Part shown: piece by piece, positions 1 to 9,424 of the stretch
Numbering within the stretch: the first letter of the stretch is position 1
How the letters are laid out: every line of letters begins with the position of its first letter
Notes under the pieces: model-generated
What the model saw: only the letters and a program-made list of their open reading frames with translations
Databases searched by the model: none
What the model was told of the DNA's origin: nothing
Position numbers and translations under genes: made by a program
Assembly (NCBI GenBank): GCA_963720465.1
Contig: OY970393.1
Span: 1,472,001-1,536,000 of the forward strand
Reading direction: 5' to 3'
DNA from: Methanobacteriota archaeon
GTDB taxonomy: Archaea > Halobacteriota > Bog-38 > Methanoflorentales > Methanoflorentaceae
DNA length: 64,000 nt

Positions 1-51
1 TATAGCTACGATTATGATTGTCCAGTACACTCGCGTGCCGGTGCTCATCAT
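1..51 (-). CDS. 5' fragment of a membrane/secreted protein running off the window (MMSTGTRVYWTIIIVAI...)
   Basis: ATGATG on the minus strand preceded by SD-like GGAGGGG (54-60); hydrophobic N-terminus; not in the ORF track. Confidence 0.5.
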   Translation of the reverse strand, partial: MMSTGTRVYWTIIIVAI

Positions 52-250
52 CTCCCCTCCACAGTGAAACGCTCCTCGAAGATATATGTTGCTGTTAGTC
101 TTCGTCGATGTACGCCAAACTGAGAGCGTAATCGCACACAGACCTCCGCGAGTGTAAACCAAGTGCGCTTAAAGTGGAGAGTTTATCAGGTAACAGCGCC
201 TCTTGGAAGCAGTCAGATTCTTCAGATACGATGGCGATGATTGAGGAATG

Positions 251-940
251 CTAGATCTTTGCCATCACCGCGAAGATGCGATGCCTTTGGCGAAGTACAT
301 TGTCGTACTGCTTTTTAGTGACCTTGTCGTCGAGCGTCAGAACCGCAAATCCTGCTGATCGAAGGAGCTCGTGCAGCTCAGACTGAGAAAAATAGTGATG
401 TGGGACCCCCCCTCGAACAAAGGTATCCGTAGCTATCCGCTCGCCGCGGCCATAGCGCATATCAAGGTGTCCGGCAACTTCGACAAACGCTAGACCCTGA
501 TGCCGCAAGACTCGAAACAGTTCACTGACGCCTTTCACTTGCCCAGCGAGTGTAAGATGTTGGAGTACCCCGTAGCAGGTGACAGCCTGGAAACTGCAAT
601 CTGAGAATGGAAGCTGCTGGACATCGGCGACAACGCGCACGTATTGGGGACCGAGCAGCGCCAGCGCTTGCTGCGAAATGTCAGCCCCAACTGCTCTAAA
701 GCCGCTTCTGGCAAGCGGCAAGAGATACCGCCCAGAACCGCAACCAACGTCGAGCACGTTAGCGCCTGGCGCGAGCCGCTGTATTACGGGAGAGAGATCA
801 TATGGCCCTTTCCACAGGGCATGGTGCAAGGTATACTGCTCGTTCCAAGGCTTCGTTAAAGTTTCAAATGATGAACCTATCTCGTCTTTGGGCGTAAATA
901 CCACCGTCCCCCTAATTTCCAGTGGACCGACTCCACACAC
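251..940 (-). CDS. Class I SAM-dependent methyltransferase (true start probably downstream of 940)
   Basis: Motif I VLDVGCGSGR, post-I GADIS, VADVQQLPF, ELFRVLR. Confidence 0.85.
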   Translation of the reverse strand: MCGVGPLEIRGTVVFTPKDEIGSSFETLTKPWNEQYTLHHALWKGPYDLSPVIQRLAPGANVLDVGCGSGRYLLPLARSGFRAVGADISQQALALLGPQYVRVVADVQQLPFSDCSFQAVTCYGVLQHLTLAGQVKGVSELFRVLRHQGLAFVEVAGHLDMRYGRGERIATDTFVRGGVPHHYFSQSELHELLRSAGFAVLTLDDKVTKKQYDNVLRQRHRIFAVMAKI

Positions 941-1035
941 ATAAAAACGTTCTTCAGAGCGCTATTTTTGATTTTTACCGCAACAGAAGGGATTTAGATT
1001 ACAAATATATAAGTGCTAATGCATTACCACTGTAG

Positions 1036-2349
1036 ATGCTTGCAGTTATGACGATCGCAGGATCGGACTCAGGCGGCGGAGCTGGCATTCAAGCAGACGC
1101 ACGCACTTTTGCTGCTCTCGGAGTGTTCGGAACCTCCATTGTGACGGCGATTACCGCACAAAACACGCTCGGCGTCCTTGACGTGTATAATCTGCCCGCT
1201 GAGCTCGTCGTTGCGCAAATGAGTGCGGTGCTCTCCGATATTGATATTCGATGCGTCAAGACGGGAATGCTCGCGACCGTCGAGATCGCAGAAGCGGTAG
1301 CTGATGTGCTTTCGCAGCATAAGGTTCCGATCGTGGTCGATCCGGTCATAGACGCCGAAGCGGGCGGGCGGTTGGTAATAGGGGAGCCTAGAGAGATCCT
1401 TGCGCGACTGCTGCCTGAAACGGCAGTCGTAACGCCAAACATACGAGAGGCAGAGGCCATTTCCGGGATCGCTATACACAATCTCGATGATATGAAGCGT
1501 GCCGCCTGCGAAATCTACACTCTCGGTCCTAAATCGGTTATTGTCACGGGAGGCCATTTGAGCGGGACCGACGTGCTGTATGATGGCAGTTTTCAGCTGC
1601 TTAGCGGCAAGCTGATTAAGGGGGGAACGCACGGGGCAGGATGCACCTTCTCGGCAGCTCTGGCCGTTTTCCTTGCTAAAGGGTACCCCGTAAAACAGAG
1701 TGCCGTAAAGGCAAAGACGTTCGTCACCGACGCCATAAGAAACAGCGAACGCGTAGGGTCTGGTCCCGGCGCTGTGAATCAGTTTGCAGCGTTGCTACAG
1801 AGGGCCGAGCGTTACCTGACGCTGCTCGACGTCGAGGCGGGGCTGCGCACCATTAAGGCTATAAACCTAAACCTTATACCTGAGGTCGGAAGCAACTTAG
1901 CGATGGCAATTTCGGGCGCAAATAACCTAGCAGACGTGGCTGCGGTCAAGGGACGAATCGTGAAAGTCGGAGACACTATCACGCCTATTGGCTGCGTGAC
2001 CTTTGGTGCAAGTCGTCACGTAGGAGGGGCCATACTAGCCGCATTGAACCACGACGCCGATATGAAAAGCGCGATGAACTTGCGGTACTCAGACGAGGTG
2101 ATTCGCGCGTGCCGCGAGCTTAACCTCGCAACAAAGTGCTTCGAGAGACGGCAGGAGCCTGACGCAACGGGTGCGATCGAGTGGAGCATTGCGCACGCTA
2201 TCGAGAGAAGCTTGACACAGGGCACGGGCATGCCTGACGTTATATACGACCGCGGGAGCGTGGGCAGGGAAGCTATGGTCCTCATTTTCGGCCACTCAGC
2301 GCAACGGGTGGCCGATACAGTTGTGAAGATCTCATCGGCACTGAGGTGA
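1036..2349 (+). CDS. thiD: Bifunctional HMP/HMP-P kinase + archaeal thiamine-phosphate synthase (ThiD-ThiN fusion)
   Basis: IAGSDSGGGAGIQAD, TPN and THGAGCTFS ThiD motifs; C-terminal ThiN domain LIPEVGSN...FGASRHV...GREAMV. Confidence 0.92.
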   Translation: MLAVMTIAGSDSGGGAGIQADARTFAALGVFGTSIVTAITAQNTLGVLDVYNLPAELVVAQMSAVLSDIDIRCVKTGMLATVEIAEAVADVLSQHKVPIVVDPVIDAEAGGRLVIGEPREILARLLPETAVVTPNIREAEAISGIAIHNLDDMKRAACEIYTLGPKSVIVTGGHLSGTDVLYDGSFQLLSGKLIKGGTHGAGCTFSAALAVFLAKGYPVKQSAVKAKTFVTDAIRNSERVGSGPGAVNQFAALLQRAERYLTLLDVEAGLRTIKAINLNLIPEVGSNLAMAISGANNLADVAAVKGRIVKVGDTITPIGCVTFGASRHVGGAILAALNHDADMKSAMNLRYSDEVIRACRELNLATKCFERRQEPDATGAIEWSIAHAIERSLTQGTGMPDVIYDRGSVGREAMVLIFGHSAQRVADTVVKISSALR

Positions 2350-2394
2350 TCAAGTAACGCTTGTGGACTAAAAGAAGAGCACGGAGGTGGTTTC

Positions 2395-2595
2395 ACGGGA
2401 AGTATCAGACCGACATATATCAAAAGCATATCAGAAGAGCTGCTACGGGGACATCGGGAGATATTCAGCTCTGATTATGAGAAGAATAAGTTGCTCGTGT
2501 CGGAATACACGAACATCGAGAGCAAGAACATTAGGAACAGAGTTGCCGGATATATAACGCACAAGGTAGATATCGGCAACAGGGGAAAGTCATGA
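2395..2595 (+). CDS. rps17e: 30S ribosomal protein S17e, apparent ACG start
   Basis: Hand translation (M)GSIRPTYIKSISEELL...FSSDYEKNK...SKNIRNRVAGYIT; SD GGAGGTG at 2383-2389; stop overlaps the dapA start (ATGA); missing from the ORF track. Confidence 0.92.
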   Translation, partial: TGSIRPTYIKSISEELLRGHREIFSSDYEKNKLLVSEYTNIESKNIRNRVAGYITHKVDIGNRGKS

Positions 2596-3467
2596 GATTC
2601 AAGGGCGTGTACCCTGCAATGGTCACGCCATTTACGGACGAAGAAGAAATCGACGTAGAGGGGATGCGCTCTAACATCGCCTATCTTGAGAAGGGGGGCG
2701 TTGCAGGGCTCGTGCCTTGCGGCAGTACTGGTGAATCCGCGACGCTATCATTTGACGAGCACAAGAAACTGGTTGAACTCACTGTAGACGCCGCGAGCGT
2801 GCCCGTTATCGCAGGGACAGGATCAAACAACACTGCAGAGGCAGTCGAGCTGACCCGGTATGCGCAAGATGCCGGCGCTGATGCGGCCCTGTTGATCGTC
2901 CCTTACTACAACAAACCGATGAAAAGTGGACTGATTAAGCACTTTAGCGCTATTGCACAGGCGTGTGAGATCCCCCTCATCTTGTACAACATTCCAGGAC
3001 GTACCGGCATCAACATGGATCCGGAAACGATCAGCACTATGGCACACGAGTACAGTAACGTTGCGGGCGTGAAGGAAGCAAGCGCGAACTTCACCCAGAT
3101 TTCAAATATCATTGAGATCACCCGCGGCCTTGAATTTTCCGTTCTTTCGGGAGACGACGGATTGACCCTTCCTATGATGGCCCTCGGGGCGACCGGAGTC
3201 ATCTCAGTCACAGCAGATATCCTTCCGAAGCAAATGGGGCAACTCACACAATCATGCCTGGAGGGCAACTTTGCGAAAGCGCGCGACGTCCATTATCGAC
3301 TTGCCCCTCTTTTCAAGGCGCTGTTCATCGAGACGAACCCCATTCCCGTCAAAAAGGCGTGTGACTTGCTCGGGCTTGCGGGCGGGCCGCTCAGATTGCC
3401 CCTAACCACGATGGCAGAGCCAAACGTCGTCAAACTAAGGGAGACGCTTGCGGCCTACGCAGATTAA
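2592..3467 (+). CDS. dapA: 4-hydroxy-tetrahydrodipicolinate synthase
   Basis: GSTGES, YNIPGRTG, GVKEAS, SGDD, NPIPVK. Confidence 0.96.
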   Translation: MRFKGVYPAMVTPFTDEEEIDVEGMRSNIAYLEKGGVAGLVPCGSTGESATLSFDEHKKLVELTVDAASVPVIAGTGSNNTAEAVELTRYAQDAGADAALLIVPYYNKPMKSGLIKHFSAIAQACEIPLILYNIPGRTGINMDPETISTMAHEYSNVAGVKEASANFTQISNIIEITRGLEFSVLSGDDGLTLPMMALGATGVISVTADILPKQMGQLTQSCLEGNFAKARDVHYRLAPLFKALFIETNPIPVKKACDLLGLAGGPLRLPLTTMAEPNVVKLRETLAAYAD

Positions 3468-3499
3468 ATGCGAGACGCATTCATAGATGGCAGAGCGGC

Positions 3500-4240
3500 A
3501 TGACAACAAACGACAAGATAGCGGTTGCAGTGACAGGTGCGTGCGGCCGAATGGGGCGGATGATCATTGACAACGTGGCGCAAGCTTCGGATATGGTGGT
3601 TGTCGCAGCGTTTGACAGACAGATTTGCGACCCTAGCGTGACGGACGCGGCTAAGCTTGCCGACACGCTCAAAACCGTTAAGCCTGACGTCTTGGTTGAC
3701 TTTACGGTCGCTGCCTCATCGGTCGAGATTATCAAAGCTGCCGCACGCGCAGGAGTGAGACTCGTCGTAGGAACTACTGGATTCACCGCAGAACAACGTG
3801 CAGAAGCGAAAGAAGCGGTCGAAGGCCAAGTCGCGGCGATAATTTCGCCTAATTTTTCGATCGGCGTCAACGTCTTTTTTCAGTTGATAAAAACGGCATC
3901 AGAGAGCCTTCCGAGCGCGGCGTACGCTGCTGAGCTTATAGAGGCCCACCATAAGCACAAGATTGATGCGCCGAGCGGAACGGCGGTCAAAGCGATTGAT
4001 ATCATTAAAAGTGTTGATCGTTCGCGTTCGATTGGATCGTACTCCATACGCGCAGGGGATATCGTCGGCGATCACTCCGTATTGTTTATTGGCGACGGTG
4101 AGCGGTTGGAGATTACCCATAGGGCCCACAGCAGACAGGCATTTGCCAGTGGCGCGATGCTGGCTATACGCTTTGTAGTAAGGCAGCCGCCTGGAGTATA
4201 TTCAATGGACGATTTGATGGCCTCTATGAGTGTGAGTTAA
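3500..4240 (+). CDS. dapB: 4-hydroxy-tetrahydrodipicolinate reductase
   Basis: GACGRMG, GTTG, EAHHKHKIDAPSGTA, RQAFASGA. Confidence 0.95.
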   Translation: MTTNDKIAVAVTGACGRMGRMIIDNVAQASDMVVVAAFDRQICDPSVTDAAKLADTLKTVKPDVLVDFTVAASSVEIIKAAARAGVRLVVGTTGFTAEQRAEAKEAVEGQVAAIISPNFSIGVNVFFQLIKTASESLPSAAYAAELIEAHHKHKIDAPSGTAVKAIDIIKSVDRSRSIGSYSIRAGDIVGDHSVLFIGDGERLEITHRAHSRQAFASGAMLAIRFVVRQPPGVYSMDDLMASMSVS

Positions 4241-4405
4241 CACTCAGCGCGAGCTGCCAGAAGGGGCACACCGCGACAACGTCCCGTTACTTTCATTCGT
4301 GGTTTTAGTTACGCTCATCTGCGAAACCGCGGAATGGCAACCACGTTCTATTCTTAGGAACAGACGAAGCGGCGGTCAGCTGGACCACGTCGAAATCAGC
4401 CGGAA

Positions 4406-5977
4406 TTAGTGCCCGTTATTTTCCAGGAAATTAACAAATGTCGTCTCCATCGACCCAAGATTACACACCGGCATGATCCCTGGTCTCGGATTGATGTTTT
4501 GCGATCTTTGGTAACTCGTTTGACCTTGCCACGCACCTGAGTTGACCACCGTGACTCCCCTGTAGTGCGACGCGCCTATGGTGTGTACGTGCCCGCAATG
4601 AAGAATGTCGGGTATGCTGTCTATGATAAAGTGATCGGTGCTCTCGGGGGCTATAGAAACCCTATTCCCATATACTGGGGAAAGATGTCGTCTTTTAAGC
4701 ATCTCCCTCATCGCGCCATCCGGATTTCCATACGAGCAACCGGGAATCGCGGCGATGATATCATCCAGAGCCCTGCCGTGATATATGAGTATCTTTACAT
4801 CGCATAGCTCAATCAACGAGGGGTTTCCGATACACATAACGTTGTTACTGAAGCTTTTTGCATAATCGCTTGAAAGCGCAGGCTGCGGCTCTGCCTGACG
4901 TACCGCATCGTGGTTTCCAGGTGCGACTATGATGGAGATGTTCGACGGCAGCATTTCAAACAGGGACGCTGCAGCAGCATATTGGTCGTCGATATCGTCG
5001 ATAGCTAACTCGTTCTCTTGATTTGGAAACACCCCGATGCCGTCAACGACGTCACCGGCCACGATCACGTGCGCAATTTTTCGGGCTCTATCGTCTTCGC
5101 TCGACGCTACCCACTCAGCAAAATCCTTCCACGCGCGTGTTAAGAAGGTCTTGCTGCCAATGTGGATGTCTGAGGTCAGCGCTACGTGTACGTCGTTTTC
5201 CGCGTGCGTAGGCTGGTGTTGCGGAGGAATGTCGGGCCACGTGATGCTGTCGATAAAGAGTACTTTTCCGTCCGACGAGAGAGACCCAGTGATGCCAACC
5301 ACCTCGTCCAGTACGACTTGCAGAGCAGCGTCATAGGCAGCTTTGTCTTTTAACGCAATACCGCTGAAGTATCCTGTAGGGTCCTCAAGCTCGAGCACTC
5401 GATGGCCATTTGGCGTGTCGCGCGTCTCGTTCACCATGCCGATGATGGAGATTTTTCCACCGGTCCCGCGCTCATCGTCGAACCACCCTTCGCGCCTTGG
5501 GTTCCAGTAGGTCAAGCTCTCTATGGGTCGGGAGTTCAGCCGTTTCCGTATGATTTCACTGAGGCGATCGTACCTATTTCTGAAATAACGCACGAATTCC
5601 TCGTATGTGCCAACACACGTGGAACTCTCAGTGATGTCCGCCAGAACTGCTATCGGCTGTGGCTTCCGACAAGGTTCGACATGCCCTCTTGCTACGTCCG
5701 TCTCGCCTACTTCGGTCGTTGCCAGTACGTCTGCGGATTCATCCTCGGTTTGAGTAAGAAAAGCTGACGACCTTACAACTTTTTTCTGAGAGTTCTGCAA
5801 TTCTTTTGCCGCCGTGACGTGAAGCTGGCCGATGACGACCACAGATTCATCAACGTGTTTCAGAATCTCATTGACTAGGTCTAAGGGCATATCAGTCTCT
5901 TGAATCGTCACCACCGCTTCTTGCGTGATGAGGAAGCCGCTTTCAGTGAACTTTTGAATTATGTCGGTTCGAATCAT
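4406..5977 (-). CDS. polB: DNA polymerase D small (exonuclease) subunit DP1
   Basis: OB fold followed by calcineurin-like motifs SDIHIGS, AGDVVDG, PGNHD, YHG, GHVH. Confidence 0.93.
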   Translation of the reverse strand: MIRTDIIQKFTESGFLITQEAVVTIQETDMPLDLVNEILKHVDESVVVIGQLHVTAAKELQNSQKKVVRSSAFLTQTEDESADVLATTEVGETDVARGHVEPCRKPQPIAVLADITESSTCVGTYEEFVRYFRNRYDRLSEIIRKRLNSRPIESLTYWNPRREGWFDDERGTGGKISIIGMVNETRDTPNGHRVLELEDPTGYFSGIALKDKAAYDAALQVVLDEVVGITGSLSSDGKVLFIDSITWPDIPPQHQPTHAENDVHVALTSDIHIGSKTFLTRAWKDFAEWVASSEDDRARKIAHVIVAGDVVDGIGVFPNQENELAIDDIDDQYAAAASLFEMLPSNISIIVAPGNHDAVRQAEPQPALSSDYAKSFSNNVMCIGNPSLIELCDVKILIYHGRALDDIIAAIPGCSYGNPDGAMREMLKRRHLSPVYGNRVSIAPESTDHFIIDSIPDILHCGHVHTIGASHYRGVTVVNSGAWQGQTSYQRSQNINPRPGIMPVCNLGSMETTFVNFLENNGH

Positions 5978-6207
5978 GGCGGTGTGTGATTTATGGGACC
6001 TTTACGCAAGTTGTGAACGAACACGACCGTGGCGAAATCCGTCCTCCTGCTTGTGGCGCCGGACGTTGCACGCCTAAGTGTTGAGGCGAATCGCCTAACT
6101 AGCACCAGCCTCTAAATGCGTTTCGGCAGATTATATAAAGCATCATGACTATCGTCATTACGTCAGCCAGCTTAGTACCACATTTTACACGTGTTTGGCA
6201 GAAATAC

Positions 6208-6909
6208 ATGCAGGATCAAACCAGAGAACGTGCAAAGAGATTCTGGAAGACTGACAATTACTGGTTAGCGCTTCTACGAGATATATTAGTAGCGTTGCTC
6301 GTTGTCGCCATTATAATATCGCTCGTTTACGCGTACTCAGGGACCGTCACTCCCCTGGTGGCCGTGGAATCGGGCAGCATGGAGCCCCACATAAATATTG
6401 GCGACCTCGTGCTCGTTACCAGACCGACGAACATCATCACGCACGAACAAGGTCAGGCCATTAACTACAAGAGCTTTGGCGAATACGGCGATGTTATCGT
6501 CTACTACCCTAACGGTGACCATAGCGCGACGCCAATTATACACCGGGCGATGTATTGGGTAAACGCAGGTGACCGGCTGCCAAACAACCAAACAGCGGCT
6601 AACGCAGGATACATCACCAAGGGCGACGCTAATACAGAGTATGACCAACCATTGCTTTTAGGTGGCGCACCACCACTGGAGCCAGTGAAGCCTGAATGGA
6701 TCATCGGCAAAGCAACGTTCTCGGTGCCCGAGCTTGGACAACTCCGACTTGCCCTCCCTCTCATCGTCCCCCCTCCGCTGACCGTTTCTGACGTATGCCG
6801 CGACCAGCAGATCGTTAGCTGGATCGATAGTCCGTCAGCGCGCCTCAGCTTATGGCCAGCCGACATGGGCTTCGCGACAGGCGCACAACTCTCGCTGAGG
6901 CCTTTTTAG
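6208..6909 (+). CDS. Signal peptidase I (S26/Sec11 type)
   Basis: TM helix followed by VESGSMEP, GD, IIHR, YITKGDAN; ATG 6208 preferred over 6145 because the TATA box (6131-6138) is too close to 6145. Confidence 0.9.
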   Translation: MQDQTRERAKRFWKTDNYWLALLRDILVALLVVAIIISLVYAYSGTVTPLVAVESGSMEPHINIGDLVLVTRPTNIITHEQGQAINYKSFGEYGDVIVYYPNGDHSATPIIHRAMYWVNAGDRLPNNQTAANAGYITKGDANTEYDQPLLLGGAPPLEPVKPEWIIGKATFSVPELGQLRLALPLIVPPPLTVSDVCRDQQIVSWIDSPSARLSLWPADMGFATGAQLSLRPF

Positions 6910-6956
6910 CCACAATTAGATACGTTTATATCGTACACTTCGACATAAGCTCGGCT

Positions 6957-8177
6957 ATGCCGCCATTTCTTACGATTGATGATCTCGATACGCACGGGCG
7001 AGTGGTTCTTGTACGCGTTGACTTGAATTCCCCAATCGGCCCCAACGGAGAGATTCTAGATGATGTACGTTTTCGCGGCCACGTCCCGACTATTGCAGCT
7101 TTAGAAGATGCCAAAACCGTGCTGCTCGCACATCAGTCACGGCCCGGAAAGCGAGATTTCACCACAATGGAGCGGCACGCCGAAAAGCTCTCCTCGCTCA
7201 TTGGAAAGGACGTAACGTATGTCGACGATATCTACGGGCATAATGTGAGACAATCCGTGAAAGAAATGGCGATCGGAGACGTGGTGCTCCTCGAAAACGT
7301 CCGGTTTAGCTCCGAAGAGATGCTCAAAGCTCCGGTCGAAGATCTGACCAAAACACATCTCGTCACGCAATTATCGCTCCTATGCGATCTTTACCTTGAT
7401 GATGCATTTGGAACGGCCCACCGCGCCCAAACGTCAATCGTGGCTTTTCCGCGCGCTTTAACGTCAGGCGCTGGCAAGCTGATGGAACGAGAGGTGGACA
7501 TGCTGACAAAGGCGCTTACCACTTCCCAGCGGCCGCGATTGTTCATGCTTGGGGGCACGAAAGCAGACGATAGCATCAAAGTTATCGAGCACGTTCTTTC
7601 AAAAGCCAGCGCGGACAAGGTGCTCGTCACGGGGCTAGTAGCAAACATTTTTTTGGCGGCATCAGGAGTCGACATAGGACCCCCAAGCCTCGATTACATA
7701 AAGTCGTCTGGATACGGAAACTATCTCGAAATATGCAAGAGATTGCTTGACAAGTTCGATGGCAAAATTGTAACCCCTCTTGATGTCGCACTAAATGATA
7801 AAGGCAAGCGTCTTGAGACGCCAATTTCAGCGTTACCAAAGGTTTATCCTATAGACGATATCGGCATCGAGACGATTGTAGCGTATTCAGCTGAGCTCAA
7901 AGCTGCGGGAACCGTGGTAATAAATGGGCCTGCTGGTGTCTTCGAACGAAAAGCATTTGCACTTGGGACCAATGAAACATTAAAAGCGGCGGCTCAAGCA
8001 AAATTTTCGATTTTAGGAGGGGGGCACATTGCCGCCGCAGCACGGAACATTGGCATTGACAAACACATTACGCACGTGTCGACCGGAGGTAAAGCTTGTA
8101 TAGATTTCTTGGCCGGTGACATCTTGCCTGGAATCCAGGCGCTTATCGACGCAAAAGACCTCCAAGAGGCATCTTAG
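6957..8177 (+). CDS. pgk: Phosphoglycerate kinase
   Basis: RVDLNSP, AHQSRPG, LLENVRF, DAFGTAHR, GGGH, STGGKA; start 6957 follows a TTTATA box. Confidence 0.96.
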   Translation: MPPFLTIDDLDTHGRVVLVRVDLNSPIGPNGEILDDVRFRGHVPTIAALEDAKTVLLAHQSRPGKRDFTTMERHAEKLSSLIGKDVTYVDDIYGHNVRQSVKEMAIGDVVLLENVRFSSEEMLKAPVEDLTKTHLVTQLSLLCDLYLDDAFGTAHRAQTSIVAFPRALTSGAGKLMEREVDMLTKALTTSQRPRLFMLGGTKADDSIKVIEHVLSKASADKVLVTGLVANIFLAASGVDIGPPSLDYIKSSGYGNYLEICKRLLDKFDGKIVTPLDVALNDKGKRLETPISALPKVYPIDDIGIETIVAYSAELKAAGTVVINGPAGVFERKAFALGTNETLKAAAQAKFSILGGGHIAAAARNIGIDKHITHVSTGGKACIDFLAGDILPGIQALIDAKDLQEAS

Positions 8178-8261
8178 CGTCCGTTACTCAGCCCGTTCCT
8201 TCAGGGTCGCGCACTAAAAACGTATAAGTAGCGGGGAGCATACATAAAAACGCTTTTATGC

Positions 8262-8398
8262 GCCTCGGTGGCTCAGCCTGGAAGAGCGATTGACTTGTAA
8301 CTGGGACGCAACGCCGCGCCTGATGCATCGATGTGTGGGAGCACATACATGCCGAGCAAGTTATCAATAGGTCGGGGGTTCAAATCCCTCCCGAGGCT
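8262..8398 (+). tRNA. tRNA-Thr(UGU) with a 63-nt intron (8300-8362) at position 37/38
   Basis: Acceptor GCCTCGG/CCGAGGC, anticodon stem ATTGA/TCAAT, TGT at 8296-8298, T-loop TTCAAAT; BHB with CTTG/CAAG helix and TAA/TTA bulges. Confidence 0.93.
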
Positions 8399-8510
8399 TT
8401 TTTCCTTCGGCGCTGAGTGAAGGAAGCACCGGAAGATTCACATTCGAAACCCACGGCGTGCGTACGTGCGTCCGCGATTCGCTGAGAGACGTCCAAGGTG
8501 ATGCAAAAAA

Positions 8511-9158
8511 ATGATGTCTATAACAACGCTGACTCTCCCCGAGGCGTGGTACAAAGCAATCAGGCACATCATGGAATTTGGCAACGTCGTCGACACGGAG
8601 TACGGGCTTAAAGCACGCCAGATTCTCATGGGGATGATCGAAATCGACAAGCCTAGTTTTGGCTGGCATAAAGGTGACGCGTTTTGTACAAAAGCACGAG
8701 TGGAAGAGTACAAAAAGCAGTTCGATCGCGCCTACCTGCATCAGCACCACTTTGAGTACACTTATCTAGAACGACTGGTTGAAGGCCACGGAATCGATCA
8801 GCTGGCCTGGATCCAGGAGCAGCTTTTGAAGAAACGGGTTGGATCCAAGCGCATTCAGGCAATCACGTGGATTCCTCAAATTGATTGTCTTAAAGAGGAA
8901 GACCAACCTTGTTTTCAACGAATTTGGGTGTACCTCCATCCTAATGACAGGCTTGACGTCCATATCATGTATCGCAGCTGGGACGTTTTTCAAGCGTACG
9001 AAGCTAACATTAATGCGTTTCTTTCTTTAATCAAGAAAGAGCTGTTGGAGCCGACAGGATTGAAGTTGGGGACTTTGTGCACGGTTGGCAATTCAATGCA
9101 TATTTATGATTACAACTGGGACGAAGCTCACGCAGTGCTTAACAAGTACAAGAAATAG
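8511..9158 (+). CDS. thyA: Archaeal-type thymidylate synthase (ThyA family)
   Basis: YTYLERL, catalytic PC, RSWD, N in EANI, SMHIY. Confidence 0.82.
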   Translation: MMSITTLTLPEAWYKAIRHIMEFGNVVDTEYGLKARQILMGMIEIDKPSFGWHKGDAFCTKARVEEYKKQFDRAYLHQHHFEYTYLERLVEGHGIDQLAWIQEQLLKKRVGSKRIQAITWIPQIDCLKEEDQPCFQRIWVYLHPNDRLDVHIMYRSWDVFQAYEANINAFLSLIKKELLEPTGLKLGTLCTVGNSMHIYDYNWDEAHAVLNKYKK

Positions 9159-9172
9159 CGAGCTATATCATT

Positions 9173-9200
9173 AAAATTTGACAAAGATCAAATTTTTTTT
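9173..9200 (+). terminator. Hairpin plus T-run after thyA
   Basis: AAAATTTGA-caaaga-TCAAATTTT followed by more Ts. Confidence 0.5.
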
Positions 9201-9424
9201 ATCTGAAGACTCGAATTCATTGAAACGAAGTAATATTATTTATTTAACAAATATTTTTTTAAATTTTCAAAAAAAAATATGATGAAAAAAGCAATTTTTT
9301 AACCATAAGACTATAACTAAGGACAAGCAACCGAACGTTTTAAGCGAAAGAAATCTGTAATCGACACTTAACGGATTGTCCGTCGCCACTGCCATCGCCT
9401 GACCGAAAGAACACATGGTGAATC

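Noticed and set aside
2347-2397. ThiDN-S17e fusion by UGA readthrough or selenocysteine
   Set aside because: Same frame, but a strong SD sits right before the ACG and no SECIS-like evidence is visible; independent initiation is simpler
6760-6909. Unusual C-terminal extension of the signal peptidase
   Set aside because: Could be a lost stop, but no motif or second frame supports anything more
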